Virus record (IMG/VR): IMGVR_UViG_3300033066_001278
Coordinates: 18,049 to 82,048 of that record
Source: a virus
Lineage: Duplodnaviria; Caudoviricetes
DNA: 64,000 bases
Direction: 5' to 3' (one strand)
Position numbers and translations under genes: made by a program. Below the pieces are notes generated by a model that was given only the letters and a program-made list of their open reading frames with translations, did no database searches and had not been told where the DNA came from. This document shows, in pieces, positions 16,719 to 27,974 of this stretch; positions within the stretch are counted from its first letter, which is position 1; every line of letters begins with the position of its first letter.

Positions 16719-17839
16719 TTAAGTAATCCTTCAAATGTTTTTGAAATCTCTAACCAATCATATTTTTTAATATTATATAAATTATAAAATCTTTGTTTTA
16801 ACGCAGCAACATTTTCAACCGCATATTTTAATTTATCTACAGCATCATTGATATCTGGCTTAAACCAATTTGAAGAATAGTTTCCATCCCAATATCTTGC
16901 AAGAGATGGGGCTGTTTCTTCTTTACCTGACACTAATAAAGAATTAAACTCACTTAGAAATTGCAATTGACCTCCATGATTAGGAGCAATTACAATATTA
17001 TTAGCGGCCAATCCTTCTAAAAGAGTCATTCCAAAAGCTTCACAATGAGTCATTGAAAAACTAATATCACAATTTTTATAAAGAGATTCTGGATGATTAA
17101 TAAAATTAGAGATAATCTCTACATCTGCATGGTTTTTATATTTGGCTTTAAAGTCATTAAATATTTTTGAAAAACTAACCTCAAATAAGTGTTCAGGTTT
17201 TTTATCAACTATTTTTAGTATTAAACAAACATCATCTGTTTTATTAAAAGCTTTTCCATATACTTCTAATAATCCTGGCAAATTTTTTCTTAAATGAGGC
17301 TGTCCAATTATAGATAATATCTTGACAGATTTTTTTGTTTTAAACTGATAACCTTTAATATTTTCTAACTTTTCAAGATCTACACCATGTGGAATTACTT
17401 TCATATGTGACTCGGGAACACCTGAGTCTATAAATATTTGTTTAGAATACTCAGATGGTGGTGTCATAATATCTGTATATTTATAATGTTTAGCAAATCC
17501 AAATGGTAAAACATTTTTACCTGAAAATTCATATGTCCAAAGTCCAATTCTATTTTTATCGCCTCTGCTAAGATGTTCTTGAAAATTAATCATAGCTGTA
17601 TAAGTAAATTGAGCATCATATTTACTATCTAATACTTTATTAGCTAGCATTGATGAATTAGCGTTTAATTCAGTTACACCTTTTAAATTATTTAATAAAT
17701 CTTCTGGGAAATGTTTATTGCCATTTGTTGAAAAAATATCAACATTGTGGTTTAATTTAATTAAACCCCTGCAAATATTTTGAGCAACGAAGCTCCAGCT
17801 ATGATTGTTGGCAGCAAAACCCTTCCACAAGATTTTCAT
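16715..17839 (-). CDS. GT-B fold family 4 glycosyltransferase
   Basis: VIPHGVD, GQPHLRKNL, EAFGMTLLEG (E-x7-E), APNHGG. Confidence 0.9.
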   Translation of the reverse strand: MKILWKGFAANNHSWSFVAQNICRGLIKLNHNVDIFSTNGNKHFPEDLLNNLKGVTELNANSSMLANKVLDSKYDAQFTYTAMINFQEHLSRGDKNRIGLWTYEFSGKNVLPFGFAKHYKYTDIMTPPSEYSKQIFIDSGVPESHMKVIPHGVDLEKLENIKGYQFKTKKSVKILSIIGQPHLRKNLPGLLEVYGKAFNKTDDVCLILKIVDKKPEHLFEVSFSKIFNDFKAKYKNHADVEIISNFINHPESLYKNCDISFSMTHCEAFGMTLLEGLAANNIVIAPNHGGQLQFLSEFNSLLVSGKEETAPSLARYWDGNYSSNWFKPDINDAVDKLKYAVENVAALKQRFYNLYNIKKYDWLEISKTFEGLLK

Positions 17840-17859
17840 GCCTAATATATATCTTAGGC
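17840..17859 (-). promoter_or_regulatory. GATATATA motif in the loop of a 6-bp hairpin directly before the GT4 start
   Basis: Minus strand GCCTAA-GATATATA-TTAGGC-ATG. Confidence 0.5.
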
Positions 17860-20800
17860 TAGACCAAAAATATTCTTTACTTTTTCGCTGGAGATCTCTT
17901 GAGTTCTATTATTAAAGCCAGATTTTTTTAAGAACACTTGAACTTGGAGCTTGGTTATAAGAGTTCTTAATACAGGATCTACGTATAAATTAGTGAAGTT
18001 TAAAGTAAGCTGCCCAGTCTCACTATTAATATAAACCCCAACTTTATCATCTATAATTACTCCAGATATATCTGGATCTAATGAATCAGTACCATCTAAT
18101 TGAGGTGCAAAAGCTTGTAATGAAACTCCAAATCTTACTTGTTCTTTAGCTAAAGCATCTAACTGTACAAAAGAGCAATCGCTAAATTTCATAGCATTGA
18201 AGCCTAAACTTGTTTTACCATTACCATCATAGTCAGCCACAAATCCAGTAAAGAAATTAATAGTTTTTTCTGTACTAAAGCTTTCGGCTGGAATCTCTAA
18301 TATAATAGTTCCAACTTCAAAGTCTATCTTATGATAATATCCATCTAACGTTAATATATTTCCACCAGCATTCATGATAAGATTGTTTGGAACAAACATA
18401 TCATTTCTACCACTATCGAAATCAATATTTATTGGATATGATTCACAACTTCCTGCTGGAGGGGTGCATTTAAATTTAGTGTCTATATTTTCTTCTGTAA
18501 AGATAACAGGAACTAGTCTTGGGTTTGAATTACTGACGATATCATATTCTTCCCAAGTAATTCTCTTTGTATAAGAGAATGTAATTGGAGATGATAAGAA
18601 ATCTCTATCAGCAATAGTTGTATCATCATTGAATAGAATTGGAACCGGATGTAATGTATCAGCTCTAGATGTAGTATAGTAATCATCATTTCTGTCTATA
18701 AACTCTTCTAGATAAATTTTAATTACATTGAAGCTTGTGCCAATTCTATTACCTGGTGAAGTAGTTTTTGGAAATGGAGCTACTTTATAAACGTAATCAG
18801 AAATATAATTTATATCTGTAGTACTAATAGATAAATCACCAGTAATATCAGCAGCAAATACTTTTAATATATTTTCTTCTGTTAATAGTGTTTTCTTAAT
18901 AGAAATAGATGTACTTGAATTTAATCCAGTAATATAAAAAGTCCCATTGTTTTCAGTTGTAGTACTAGTAATTGAAATGATTTTATCACCAATTGATGAT
19001 ATTAAAGAAAAATTACTTGATGCAGATGTAAATATTGCTCTATCTGGATATGTAGGATCAGGAATTAAAATACCATCTATCCCTGAAGCTTCCACAAACA
19101 TTGTTGTTGGATCTTTAATTTGAAATGTTAAAGATCCTTGTGTTTCAAATGGATTTGTGTAACCATCATAAGTGCTAGCTGATGGGGCAATATTTAAATT
19201 ATAATTAAGAAGATTTTGCGCAGCTAATAAATCCTCTTCATCTATTTTGCCATCACCATTAACATCACCATAAATCATTGTGCATAATTCAGCTGATGCA
19301 ACTCTATAAAAGTTATTTGGTAAAGATGTATTTAAAATAAATTTAGCTCTATTTAACGAACCATCTACGAATTTATTTACTAGCTCTAAAATATTTAGAT
19401 TATATCTTGGATCAGCGGGATCATCAATTATCTTGATAAGTAAAGCATTTTTATACATACCAAACAAATTAAGATAAGATGTAAAGGTTGATGATGTAGA
19501 ATCTATTTTTTTATTATTCTTATCAGCTATAGTGCCAATATAAAATGGATTAGAAACATCTGAATTAGTAATATCTGTTGGTGATTGTAAAATTATAGAT
19601 GGAACATATTTTTGACGAGAATATATTGGATTGCCAGTTCTTTCATCTTGAACTTGATCAAGGTTTTCTGTTGTAGCTTGAACTAAAGCTGTATAAACAT
19701 CATTATCACTAAATGATAAATCTTTTAATACATAATCAGTAGTTATTTCAGTAGTAGTATCTTGTATAACTTTATCAATAACAATTCCAGCACCATTTTC
19801 ATAAGCTTGACCAGATGAAACTTTTGCAGCATCTGTCCATACTTGGAACCACATATCTTCCTCAGACATATCGGTCCAAACGCTTCCATTAAATATAGAA
19901 ACTCTAGAATTGCTTAATTGATCTGTTGCAACGGGAATTTGAATTATGCCTTGACTTGCAAATCCACTTCTTTTAATTGTAAATATATAATAATTTCCAG
20001 TTAATAAACTTGAAGAACCAACTGCTGTATTTGAAAACACAAAATCAACTGGTTGTGGAACATCTGTTAACTTAATACCTTGATCTAACAAAGTATTATA
20101 ATTAAAGCTTAACTCTGCAACTGGCACATTGGCAGGATCATAATCTATTGCTAAGTTGGGGACTAAATCAGTTGGACATGAAACAACTGATTGTAATGGA
20201 TAAATACTGATTACTATATCGCCAGACCAATAAAAGTCTGTTGGATTAGCTAATGGATAGTTATCTCCAACAGCAGATAATAACATAGTTATTTTTTGAA
20301 TATTGTCTGTTGATGCTAAAAACTTTTGACCAATTCTAGTTGATACATCATTTTGTAATATTTTTCTTAATTGGGTATAAGAAGTAGAGATATTTAAATT
20401 ATCAACATTATATGAAGGAAGGGATGTTCTTAAAAATGTATTTAATGTTGGATTTCCTGATGTGCCAATATAAAAATCTCTAAAAAATAAATTTGGCTCT
20501 ACATCTTGAGCTGCCATTTTGGCACTTCTTGATAATAAATAGGGGCTGGCTTCACTAATAGTTAGTTTACCACCTAAATTTAATGATTTATTAGATGGAC
20601 CAGATAAATCATTTATAAGAATAAGAGCTATTTTTGTAAAGTGCTTTTCACCTATTTGTTTTTCATTTTTATGAAATGTAAAAACTTCATATTGTAAATC
20701 ACTATTAACATCTAAACCAATAACACAGGCTTTAACTGTACGTCTTCCAGAAGCTTTAGAATCTGATAAATGTACTTCTAATTGATTGCCAAAACTTGTA

Positions 20801-21066
20801 TCAGAAGGTTGATTGGTTGCATATAAAGCAATACCATCTAATAAAGAAACAGCATTATATCCATCAGGAGCTACATCTGGACTTTCATAATATACTATTG
20901 GTGTAAGTTGATCTAGTATTACTCCAGAGCCAATATGATTATTAATCGCAGATGAGTATAAATTTTGATTATAACTTTGTTCAAGGGTTAAATCATCATT
21001 ATCTACTCTCTCAGAGTCTGTCCATATATTCTTTTTACTTGATACTGTTGATTTTGGAGTAGCCAT
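17854..21066 (-). CDS. Large virion structural protein (1070 aa) with two dockerin/EF-hand-like loops
   Basis: Lies in the baseplate cluster; GDVNGDGKIDEEDL and ADITGDLSISTTDI. Confidence 0.7.
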   Translation of the reverse strand: MATPKSTVSSKKNIWTDSERVDNDDLTLEQSYNQNLYSSAINNHIGSGVILDQLTPIVYYESPDVAPDGYNAVSLLDGIALYATNQPSDTSFGNQLEVHLSDSKASGRRTVKACVIGLDVNSDLQYEVFTFHKNEKQIGEKHFTKIALILINDLSGPSNKSLNLGGKLTISEASPYLLSRSAKMAAQDVEPNLFFRDFYIGTSGNPTLNTFLRTSLPSYNVDNLNISTSYTQLRKILQNDVSTRIGQKFLASTDNIQKITMLLSAVGDNYPLANPTDFYWSGDIVISIYPLQSVVSCPTDLVPNLAIDYDPANVPVAELSFNYNTLLDQGIKLTDVPQPVDFVFSNTAVGSSSLLTGNYYIFTIKRSGFASQGIIQIPVATDQLSNSRVSIFNGSVWTDMSEEDMWFQVWTDAAKVSSGQAYENGAGIVIDKVIQDTTTEITTDYVLKDLSFSDNDVYTALVQATTENLDQVQDERTGNPIYSRQKYVPSIILQSPTDITNSDVSNPFYIGTIADKNNKKIDSTSSTFTSYLNLFGMYKNALLIKIIDDPADPRYNLNILELVNKFVDGSLNRAKFILNTSLPNNFYRVASAELCTMIYGDVNGDGKIDEEDLLAAQNLLNYNLNIAPSASTYDGYTNPFETQGSLTFQIKDPTTMFVEASGIDGILIPDPTYPDRAIFTSASSNFSLISSIGDKIISITSTTTENNGTFYITGLNSSTSISIKKTLLTEENILKVFAADITGDLSISTTDINYISDYVYKVAPFPKTTSPGNRIGTSFNVIKIYLEEFIDRNDDYYTTSRADTLHPVPILFNDDTTIADRDFLSSPITFSYTKRITWEEYDIVSNSNPRLVPVIFTEENIDTKFKCTPPAGSCESYPINIDFDSGRNDMFVPNNLIMNAGGNILTLDGYYHKIDFEVGTIILEIPAESFSTEKTINFFTGFVADYDGNGKTSLGFNAMKFSDCSFVQLDALAKEQVRFGVSLQAFAPQLDGTDSLDPDISGVIIDDKVGVYINSETGQLTLNFTNLYVDPVLRTLITKLQVQVFLKKSGFNNRTQEISSEKVKNIFGLA

Positions 21067-21118
21067 GTTTTAGTCTAAGTTTATGTGTTAATATGATTTT
21101 AATGATTATATTAAACTG

Positions 21119-24100
21119 TTAATAATAGGTTATAAAAGCTCTTGAATCAGCGGGTTTAAAAGAACTAATTATAGTTTCAAGAAGCATTTTAGCTTTATCA
21201 TTGCTAGCTAATATACCAAAAGAATCAAATATATTTAAGTAAAAATCAAATAAGCCATTTTTCTTATTTTTTATAGTAGCAAAATCATAAATATGCTTCT
21301 TTTCTAATGTTTTGTCAAAATCCATTAAATAAGTAGTGTATAAATCTTCTGTTACAGGAAAATTACTAGCAATAGTTGAAGAGTAATTTGGGTCTATTGC
21401 CTCACCAAACGGTGAATATATAGGTCTTGATACATTACTTATTTTAATATTGTCAAAAATAGCGTATGCTTTATTAGCTTCACTAAAATCGCTACCAAAA
21501 TAAAGTTCATTTATTTTGTCTTTAAACTTTAAAGATTTATACGATAAGTTCTTTAATCCAATAAATGAAGATCCATAAGTTATTCCAGAACCAAATGGAT
21601 AAGATCCATAAACATTTACACGTTCATAACCATCTACAAATAAACGCATATAGTCTCTTGAATTACTAGTATTGAATTTATATTGAGCTTTAATTCTGTG
21701 CCATGAGTTTTGTTCCCATGGAATTAATGTTCTTATTTTATTTTCAACATCAGTGGCTCTAACGTAGAAATTTAAATATCCAAATTCATCTTTAAATATA
21801 GATAAACGATCTCCATTTGATCCAGTTGGAATATAGTTTACAATAACAGGTGAGTTTTGATTTGGCAATCTTCTTTTTAAGGTTATTGTTTTACCATCTG
21901 AACTTAATGTTGCGCCAACAGAATAATCAAAACTATCATCATAAGTTAAATAAATGGATTCCAGGCTTGATGCAGCAGTCTTGATAACTATTTTAGTTAC
22001 ACTATCAGAAGTATAAGTTTCTGATAATAAATTAGTTGCATCGAATAAGTATCTTTTATTTGGATCATTTAATGTACCATAAATTGGTGATACCCAAAAT
22101 TCTATTGTTCCCTCATTTGTATTAAAAATACCTTCGTTGTCAATAACTAATGGATTATTTTTAATACAAATAGCTTTATCGAAATTAGCATTAACACTAT
22201 AAGATGATTGAATATAGCGTTTATTATCTCTAATAATCCAAAAATCTGCTTCATTTATGAATGGGTATTCATTAAATGTTAGAGATGTCAAAGTAATGTT
22301 TGTATTCTTTAATGGTTTTAAAGAATTATAATCTTTAGTTATTGTTAACTTAGGAGCATTTAAAGTCTCTCCAGTTCTTACATCTCTCAATTTTTGAGCA
22401 AAGGTTTTAAACTGATTTAAAATACCATTAAAATTATTCTCTTGATTAAAATCTGTGCCTATATAAACTCTATTTTGACCTATTGGATCAAATTGTAAAC
22501 TTAGATAAGTTAAATAATCAACTTGATAAGTTCCTTCTGTTAATAAGAATTTTTGTCCTGGTTGACTTGTTTTTTCTAAAGCAATAAAACCATTTTGGAA
22601 TCCTGATGTCTCAGGAGTAAACATTAATACTTCATAAGTTCCACCAGTGAATGATGGTAATACAGAGTCAATTGTCATTGATAAATGATCATTTGAAACA
22701 GCTAGTATTTGATAATAGCCAACACTTGATAATGGGCTAGTTATTCTTAGATAACTACCAACTAAAGCCTCAGAGAAGAACTTGTCAGTATCTGAGACAA
22801 TATTTCCAGATGAAGATAAATTAGTTCCAAATAATACTTGATATGTATATCTTATTACGGGTTTTTCTGCTGAAACATCATCTTGAACATTGATGTTATT
22901 TGTCTCAGCTCCAAATACAGTTAAACAATTTCTTGCAGAGTTAATTGGTTTGCACACAACTTGAACATAAGAGATTGTTTTAAACTTACTAGCAGTAGTT
23001 AAAGTACCCATTTCAGTGAATGTTAGAGTTTCGCTAACATCACCAACAATGTTAACTTGCACAGATGTAGAAAAATCAATATTTGTACCAGCAATTGTGA
23101 AAGATAAATATCTTCCATATACAGATTCAGTTGGTTGATATGTAGTTAGGTTATTTGATGTAAATACACCTAATGATAATGTAGAGTTTGAAGGACCAAT
23201 ATTTGTTAGCTCTAATACATTCTTTTTAATATTTACAGTATTAATATTAATTGGTGGAGCTAATGTAGTCTCAATAATGTTTGAGATATTGCCCCATACA
23301 TAAGACTTCTTTTTAATTTGTTGATTATTTAAACCAAGAGTTTTAACCAAAACGATATCATTAGCATCTGCGTTATTAACTATTGTAATAACACTATTAT
23401 TATCAATATCATTTGATACAGAATAAGATGGATATAAAGCCCTTTGTCCAGAAATTTCTTCTTCTGTAGGTGGATAAATATAGAAAGTGACACCAGTTAA
23501 ATTAATTGGTATTGTATTATTTAATACTAATGAATTTATTGAAACGCTTAATATTGTATAATATTTTTCTAATGTTGGATCATCTATTCTTATAAAATAG
23601 CCTGGAGCAACATTATTTAAAATAAAGTTTACGCCAGAAGTTACTATATTTGATGTTGCACTTGTATTAAGTGTTCCAGTTAATGAAGAGTGTAATAATG
23701 CTACGGCAAAATTTGAATAAACATCAACAGGAGTTTCAGTTGTAATAGAAGTGGAATTAATTGTAAAATTGCCATCAGTTAATGTGGCAGGCATTGAACT
23801 TGACAATGTTAATGATTGTCCAAATACAGTTATAATTGTATAACCAAGAGCATTGAATCCTGGTTCATCAATGATAATAATATCGCCAGCTGTTATACCA
23901 GCAGCACCAAAATTTGTCAAAGATGATACTATATTTGATCCTGAAGAAGTTGTAAGATCAATTCCTCCAACTATATTTTTAGGAATTACTCCAACAAACT
24001 CTTCTTGCCCAATAGTTTTATATTTTTGATGTAAATATGGATTTATTTTTAAACCATAATTCAAATTATTAAATACTTCTTGCCCATCAACAAATAAATG

Positions 24101-27100
24101 TATCTCATCTCTTTTATTTGGAGAATTTAAATTCCATGATGCAGCTATAAAATGCTTCTCACCTTTCTTCCAGGTGGAAACATTAGAACTAACTTGTGCA
24201 AACATTTTGTTTTTATCAAACACTTTTAAGTTTAAATATCCACTTGGATCTTTAAATAGAGAGAATCTATTTTTTGTTTTATCTTCGCCAAAATCTATTA
24301 CATAATGATTTTTATCTGCAACAAATGTTAAGATAGATTCATCAATATTTGTATTAGTAAACTTATATTTGATTTTAGATAAGCCAGTAGTTAATGAATA
24401 TCCATCAAGTGAGCTAGTAAGTTTGGTATCATAAAACTCACCATCTGTTTTAACTTCTATATTGTAAGTATTAATTACACCATAACTTGAATATCCGTCA
24501 TCATTTACAGAAATAAACCATCTATAAAATTCTTGTGACGCATCTAAATCATAATAAACGAATACACCATTTTTGTTTTTATTAGGAATTCCTTTACCAT
24601 CACTTTTTGACACTGTGAAATAACTATTGTTATTTTTATCTACAGTTCTACTGTAATGCTTTTCTAAACTACCAAAATAAACATCTCTCTCTAAGATGTT
24701 TTGATTATTAACTAAAATTTTAATTTCTAATGTGGCATCATTATCAATACCGTCCCATTGTGGAACAACCCATGTTTCAAATGAGCCCTCTTCTAATCTA
24801 AAATTAGAAGAAATTGGAATAGTAATTGATTGAGAGTCTGAGTTAATTAAAACTCCATTGCCAAATTTTCCAGGTTGTAATTCAAATGTACCTGTTGTAG
24901 CTGGTTTGCTTAAAAATAAATAGTTTTGATTTAATATCCAAGAAAATAAAGCAGCTTCTAAAATTTCTGGTGGAGTGTGTACTATTTTTTCTACTATATT
25001 TGAGATAGCAGATTTACTTGTGCCTAAAGCAGCAGATGAGAATGCTGCAGATAATGCATCTCTGTATATTTCTCTTGGGAAAGAAGTGTCAATGTTATTT
25101 AATAAAGATATAGTTGTTAAGCTGCCAAAGTTTTTTAATAAAGCGTTTCTTAATCCACCAGCTTTATATGATACATAATAAGTATCGCCTTCTGATAAAG
25201 TATCGCTTTCTCTAAAGTCTAAATAATTATCTCCATACTCATAACTAATGACAATTTCATCTTTGAGATAGGTATAATCTATTTTAAGATCACCTCTATC
25301 ATAATCAACAATTAGTCTTGAGGCGCTATTAATTGACCAAGTCAAGATTACTATTACAGTTTCTCCAGAAGCTGGTGAAAAAGTGTTTGGTAGAATTAAT
25401 CTAACTGGCGCTCCAACAGTAATGGTTCCGGTGCCATTCCAAAGATCTTGACTATCTGATAATCTAATTACTTGAATATTATAATTTATATTAGATGAAA
25501 TATAATCTAAGTTGATATTTAAATCAACATAATATTGACTTAATAAATCTTGGCTTATTACATGAAATTCTTGTTTTGTATATGATCCAAGAGTAATTAA
25601 ATTATCTGTAAAAGAAGCAAATGGTGCAAAGTTTAAGGGATATTTATTATTTTTTAAATCACTGAACTCCCAAATTCCTCTAATAGCCTTTATATTGTTT
25701 GAAACACCAGGCTCAAATGTAGCAACATTATATGTGCCAACAGAGTTTGAATCATTGAAATAATATCTTGTTGGGTCAGTTAATAAATAATTTTCATTTG
25801 CCTGTACAACTTCATCAAATAAAATAGTTGTATCATCAAATGATGTATAAGCATATGTTTTTTGTGGAGCATCTAAAGGATTGATTATATTAAAAATATC
25901 TTCAACGCTTAATATATGATCATTGACAGTCTCAATTTTATTTGTTTTATATTGTATAGTTCCAATATCTAAACTTTGTGTATCATATACTAAAACATAC
26001 AAAGTGCCATTAACATAGTCTACTAAATAATCTCCTAATGTAGTTAATGATAATAAGTTATTTGTTAAATCATCTGTAAAATCAAAATATTTTTCATTTA
26101 TAAAAACATCGCTACTAGATAAGCTAACAGAGGTGTTTTGATTATACCCAATAGAGTCTTGTGATGCAGCTATAACATTTGTATTGAGTAATTGTGTTTT
26201 AAAGATAACTTTTCCAACATATGGAGAAGTTAAAACTTCTGATACAATTAATTTTTCATTTGATATTGTTAGAAACTTAGCCGTTTCATCTGTAATTGAT
26301 TCAGTGGTAGGAGCATTATTATAGTCAAAATAAATTTTGGAATTATCCCATCTTACAACTGGATATTTTTCTCCACTTGTTTCATTGAAAACTTCAAATA
26401 CATCTGTGATAGGTGAGTAATCTGTTTGCAGTGTACCCAAATTTATTAATTTATTTTTAACACGCTCTTGTAAAGCTTCTTTATGTAAATTAGCTTTAAA
26501 ATCAATACCATTGTATAAGCCATATTCATAAGTAAATGATATTGTTGCTTCTTGATCAATTAAACTACCATTTGGAAGGGAAACTACATCATATGTATCA
26601 GTATCAATAACATAATCTAAACCCTCTGTATATGTAGTTCTATATTTATAAGAAGCTAATGGAGGATACATTCCAGTGCCAGTGTTCTTAGAATCTTCTC
26701 CAAACACATATATTGTACCAACAGAATAATCTACCGAATATTCTCCAGCTTTAGCTGGAAGATACTCTAGCCTATATACTAATTCATATTTAAAAGCTGG
26801 GTGCTTTGTATTTAAAGATTCAAGTGTATTTGGATCTATAAATGTTATACCTGCTAAAGTAGGAACACTATTATCAGATTTCACTATTGTAGAATTTTTT
26901 AAATTAACAACATTTGAAACAGATGGTAGAACTTCTCTATTCTTTGTAAAAATAGAATAAATACTTACTGTGCTAGTATCTATAGTTTTACCCAAATCTT
27001 TATAACTATAATTTATAGTTATTTTAAAAATATTCTCTAAAGAAAAAGTGCTATCTTGTAAAATTTTATCACTTAGTTTAATTTGATTATCTTCAAGTGT

Positions 27101-27970
27101 TAATAAACCAAAAGCATAACCATCATATTTATAATCTTTAATTTGATATCCAACAGTTTCAATTGGATAGGTGTATGTATTACTACTGTAATATGTAAAA
27201 ACTAAAGAGTTTAATTTAATTACAGGAGTTTTGGATAATGTAATTATTAAATCATTAATATTTAATGTTTTTTTATCATAAGTAGATGATAAAGCTATTT
27301 CTTCTTGATTTTCTGTCTCTTGTAGTGAAATAACTGTTGAAGGAAATTCATTATATGCTAATGATCCGCTAAAATTTGTATTATCTAATACTCTGCTAAC
27401 TTTTGAAACTTCATAAGCGCCTTCTTCATTTAATCTATCAAATGGGCCAGCGCCACGAGTCTTTTTTTCATTTGAAATATCAAATGATAAATAATTTTCA
27501 TTCTTACTTTGTCTAATATCATAGACACTTTTTGATAAAAAGGTAGAGAGTATCTCTATATTTTTACCAATAGTTGTGTTTCTTGTATAGTCATAAATAT
27601 TTGAAGAAAAGAAATTTTCAAATGATGACTTAAATGGATCTTCTGGATTTATTGGACCATAAAATTTAAGAGTATTATTTACATTATCATTAGGTACAAT
27701 GTATATATTGTCTAAAGATGTAAATAATACGCTGGAAGTAGAAAAGAAGGTTAATGTATATTGAGCAAATGGAGTTAAAGGTTGGCAAGTTATTAATATT
27801 TCATTATTATCAACTTTTGCATCTTTAATTGTTGGCGTAGGTATATTGGAAAAGACTGGAGTAATAGAAATATTGTCTTTAGTTATATTTGTATTTAAAC
27901 TAATTGGAAATACCGCAGTCATAGTTGTACTTGTGTCAACTATTATTTCGGTTGGTTTTAATACTTTCAT
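21119..27970 (-). CDS. Very large virion/baseplate protein (2283 aa) with two LamG/ConA-like domains
   Basis: EGSFETWVVPQW...WKKGEKHFIAASW...LFVDG and EGTIEFWVSP...WEQNSWHRI...LFVDG; next to the baseplate J-like gene. Confidence 0.72.
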   Translation of the reverse strand: MKVLKPTEIIVDTSTTMTAVFPISLNTNITKDNISITPVFSNIPTPTIKDAKVDNNEILITCQPLTPFAQYTLTFFSTSSVLFTSLDNIYIVPNDNVNNTLKFYGPINPEDPFKSSFENFFSSNIYDYTRNTTIGKNIEILSTFLSKSVYDIRQSKNENYLSFDISNEKKTRGAGPFDRLNEEGAYEVSKVSRVLDNTNFSGSLAYNEFPSTVISLQETENQEEIALSSTYDKKTLNINDLIITLSKTPVIKLNSLVFTYYSSNTYTYPIETVGYQIKDYKYDGYAFGLLTLEDNQIKLSDKILQDSTFSLENIFKITINYSYKDLGKTIDTSTVSIYSIFTKNREVLPSVSNVVNLKNSTIVKSDNSVPTLAGITFIDPNTLESLNTKHPAFKYELVYRLEYLPAKAGEYSVDYSVGTIYVFGEDSKNTGTGMYPPLASYKYRTTYTEGLDYVIDTDTYDVVSLPNGSLIDQEATISFTYEYGLYNGIDFKANLHKEALQERVKNKLINLGTLQTDYSPITDVFEVFNETSGEKYPVVRWDNSKIYFDYNNAPTTESITDETAKFLTISNEKLIVSEVLTSPYVGKVIFKTQLLNTNVIAASQDSIGYNQNTSVSLSSSDVFINEKYFDFTDDLTNNLLSLTTLGDYLVDYVNGTLYVLVYDTQSLDIGTIQYKTNKIETVNDHILSVEDIFNIINPLDAPQKTYAYTSFDDTTILFDEVVQANENYLLTDPTRYYFNDSNSVGTYNVATFEPGVSNNIKAIRGIWEFSDLKNNKYPLNFAPFASFTDNLITLGSYTKQEFHVISQDLLSQYYVDLNINLDYISSNINYNIQVIRLSDSQDLWNGTGTITVGAPVRLILPNTFSPASGETVIVILTWSINSASRLIVDYDRGDLKIDYTYLKDEIVISYEYGDNYLDFRESDTLSEGDTYYVSYKAGGLRNALLKNFGSLTTISLLNNIDTSFPREIYRDALSAAFSSAALGTSKSAISNIVEKIVHTPPEILEAALFSWILNQNYLFLSKPATTGTFELQPGKFGNGVLINSDSQSITIPISSNFRLEEGSFETWVVPQWDGIDNDATLEIKILVNNQNILERDVYFGSLEKHYSRTVDKNNNSYFTVSKSDGKGIPNKNKNGVFVYYDLDASQEFYRWFISVNDDGYSSYGVINTYNIEVKTDGEFYDTKLTSSLDGYSLTTGLSKIKYKFTNTNIDESILTFVADKNHYVIDFGEDKTKNRFSLFKDPSGYLNLKVFDKNKMFAQVSSNVSTWKKGEKHFIAASWNLNSPNKRDEIHLFVDGQEVFNNLNYGLKINPYLHQKYKTIGQEEFVGVIPKNIVGGIDLTTSSGSNIVSSLTNFGAAGITAGDIIIIDEPGFNALGYTIITVFGQSLTLSSSMPATLTDGNFTINSTSITTETPVDVYSNFAVALLHSSLTGTLNTSATSNIVTSGVNFILNNVAPGYFIRIDDPTLEKYYTILSVSINSLVLNNTIPINLTGVTFYIYPPTEEEISGQRALYPSYSVSNDIDNNSVITIVNNADANDIVLVKTLGLNNQQIKKKSYVWGNISNIIETTLAPPININTVNIKKNVLELTNIGPSNSTLSLGVFTSNNLTTYQPTESVYGRYLSFTIAGTNIDFSTSVQVNIVGDVSETLTFTEMGTLTTASKFKTISYVQVVCKPINSARNCLTVFGAETNNINVQDDVSAEKPVIRYTYQVLFGTNLSSSGNIVSDTDKFFSEALVGSYLRITSPLSSVGYYQILAVSNDHLSMTIDSVLPSFTGGTYEVLMFTPETSGFQNGFIALEKTSQPGQKFLLTEGTYQVDYLTYLSLQFDPIGQNRVYIGTDFNQENNFNGILNQFKTFAQKLRDVRTGETLNAPKLTITKDYNSLKPLKNTNITLTSLTFNEYPFINEADFWIIRDNKRYIQSSYSVNANFDKAICIKNNPLVIDNEGIFNTNEGTIEFWVSPIYGTLNDPNKRYLFDATNLLSETYTSDSVTKIVIKTAASSLESIYLTYDDSFDYSVGATLSSDGKTITLKRRLPNQNSPVIVNYIPTGSNGDRLSIFKDEFGYLNFYVRATDVENKIRTLIPWEQNSWHRIKAQYKFNTSNSRDYMRLFVDGYERVNVYGSYPFGSGITYGSSFIGLKNLSYKSLKFKDKINELYFGSDFSEANKAYAIFDNIKISNVSRPIYSPFGEAIDPNYSSTIASNFPVTEDLYTTYLMDFDKTLEKKHIYDFATIKNKKNGLFDFYLNIFDSFGILASNDKAKMLLETIISSFKPADSRAFITYY

Positions 27971-27974
27971 TTAT

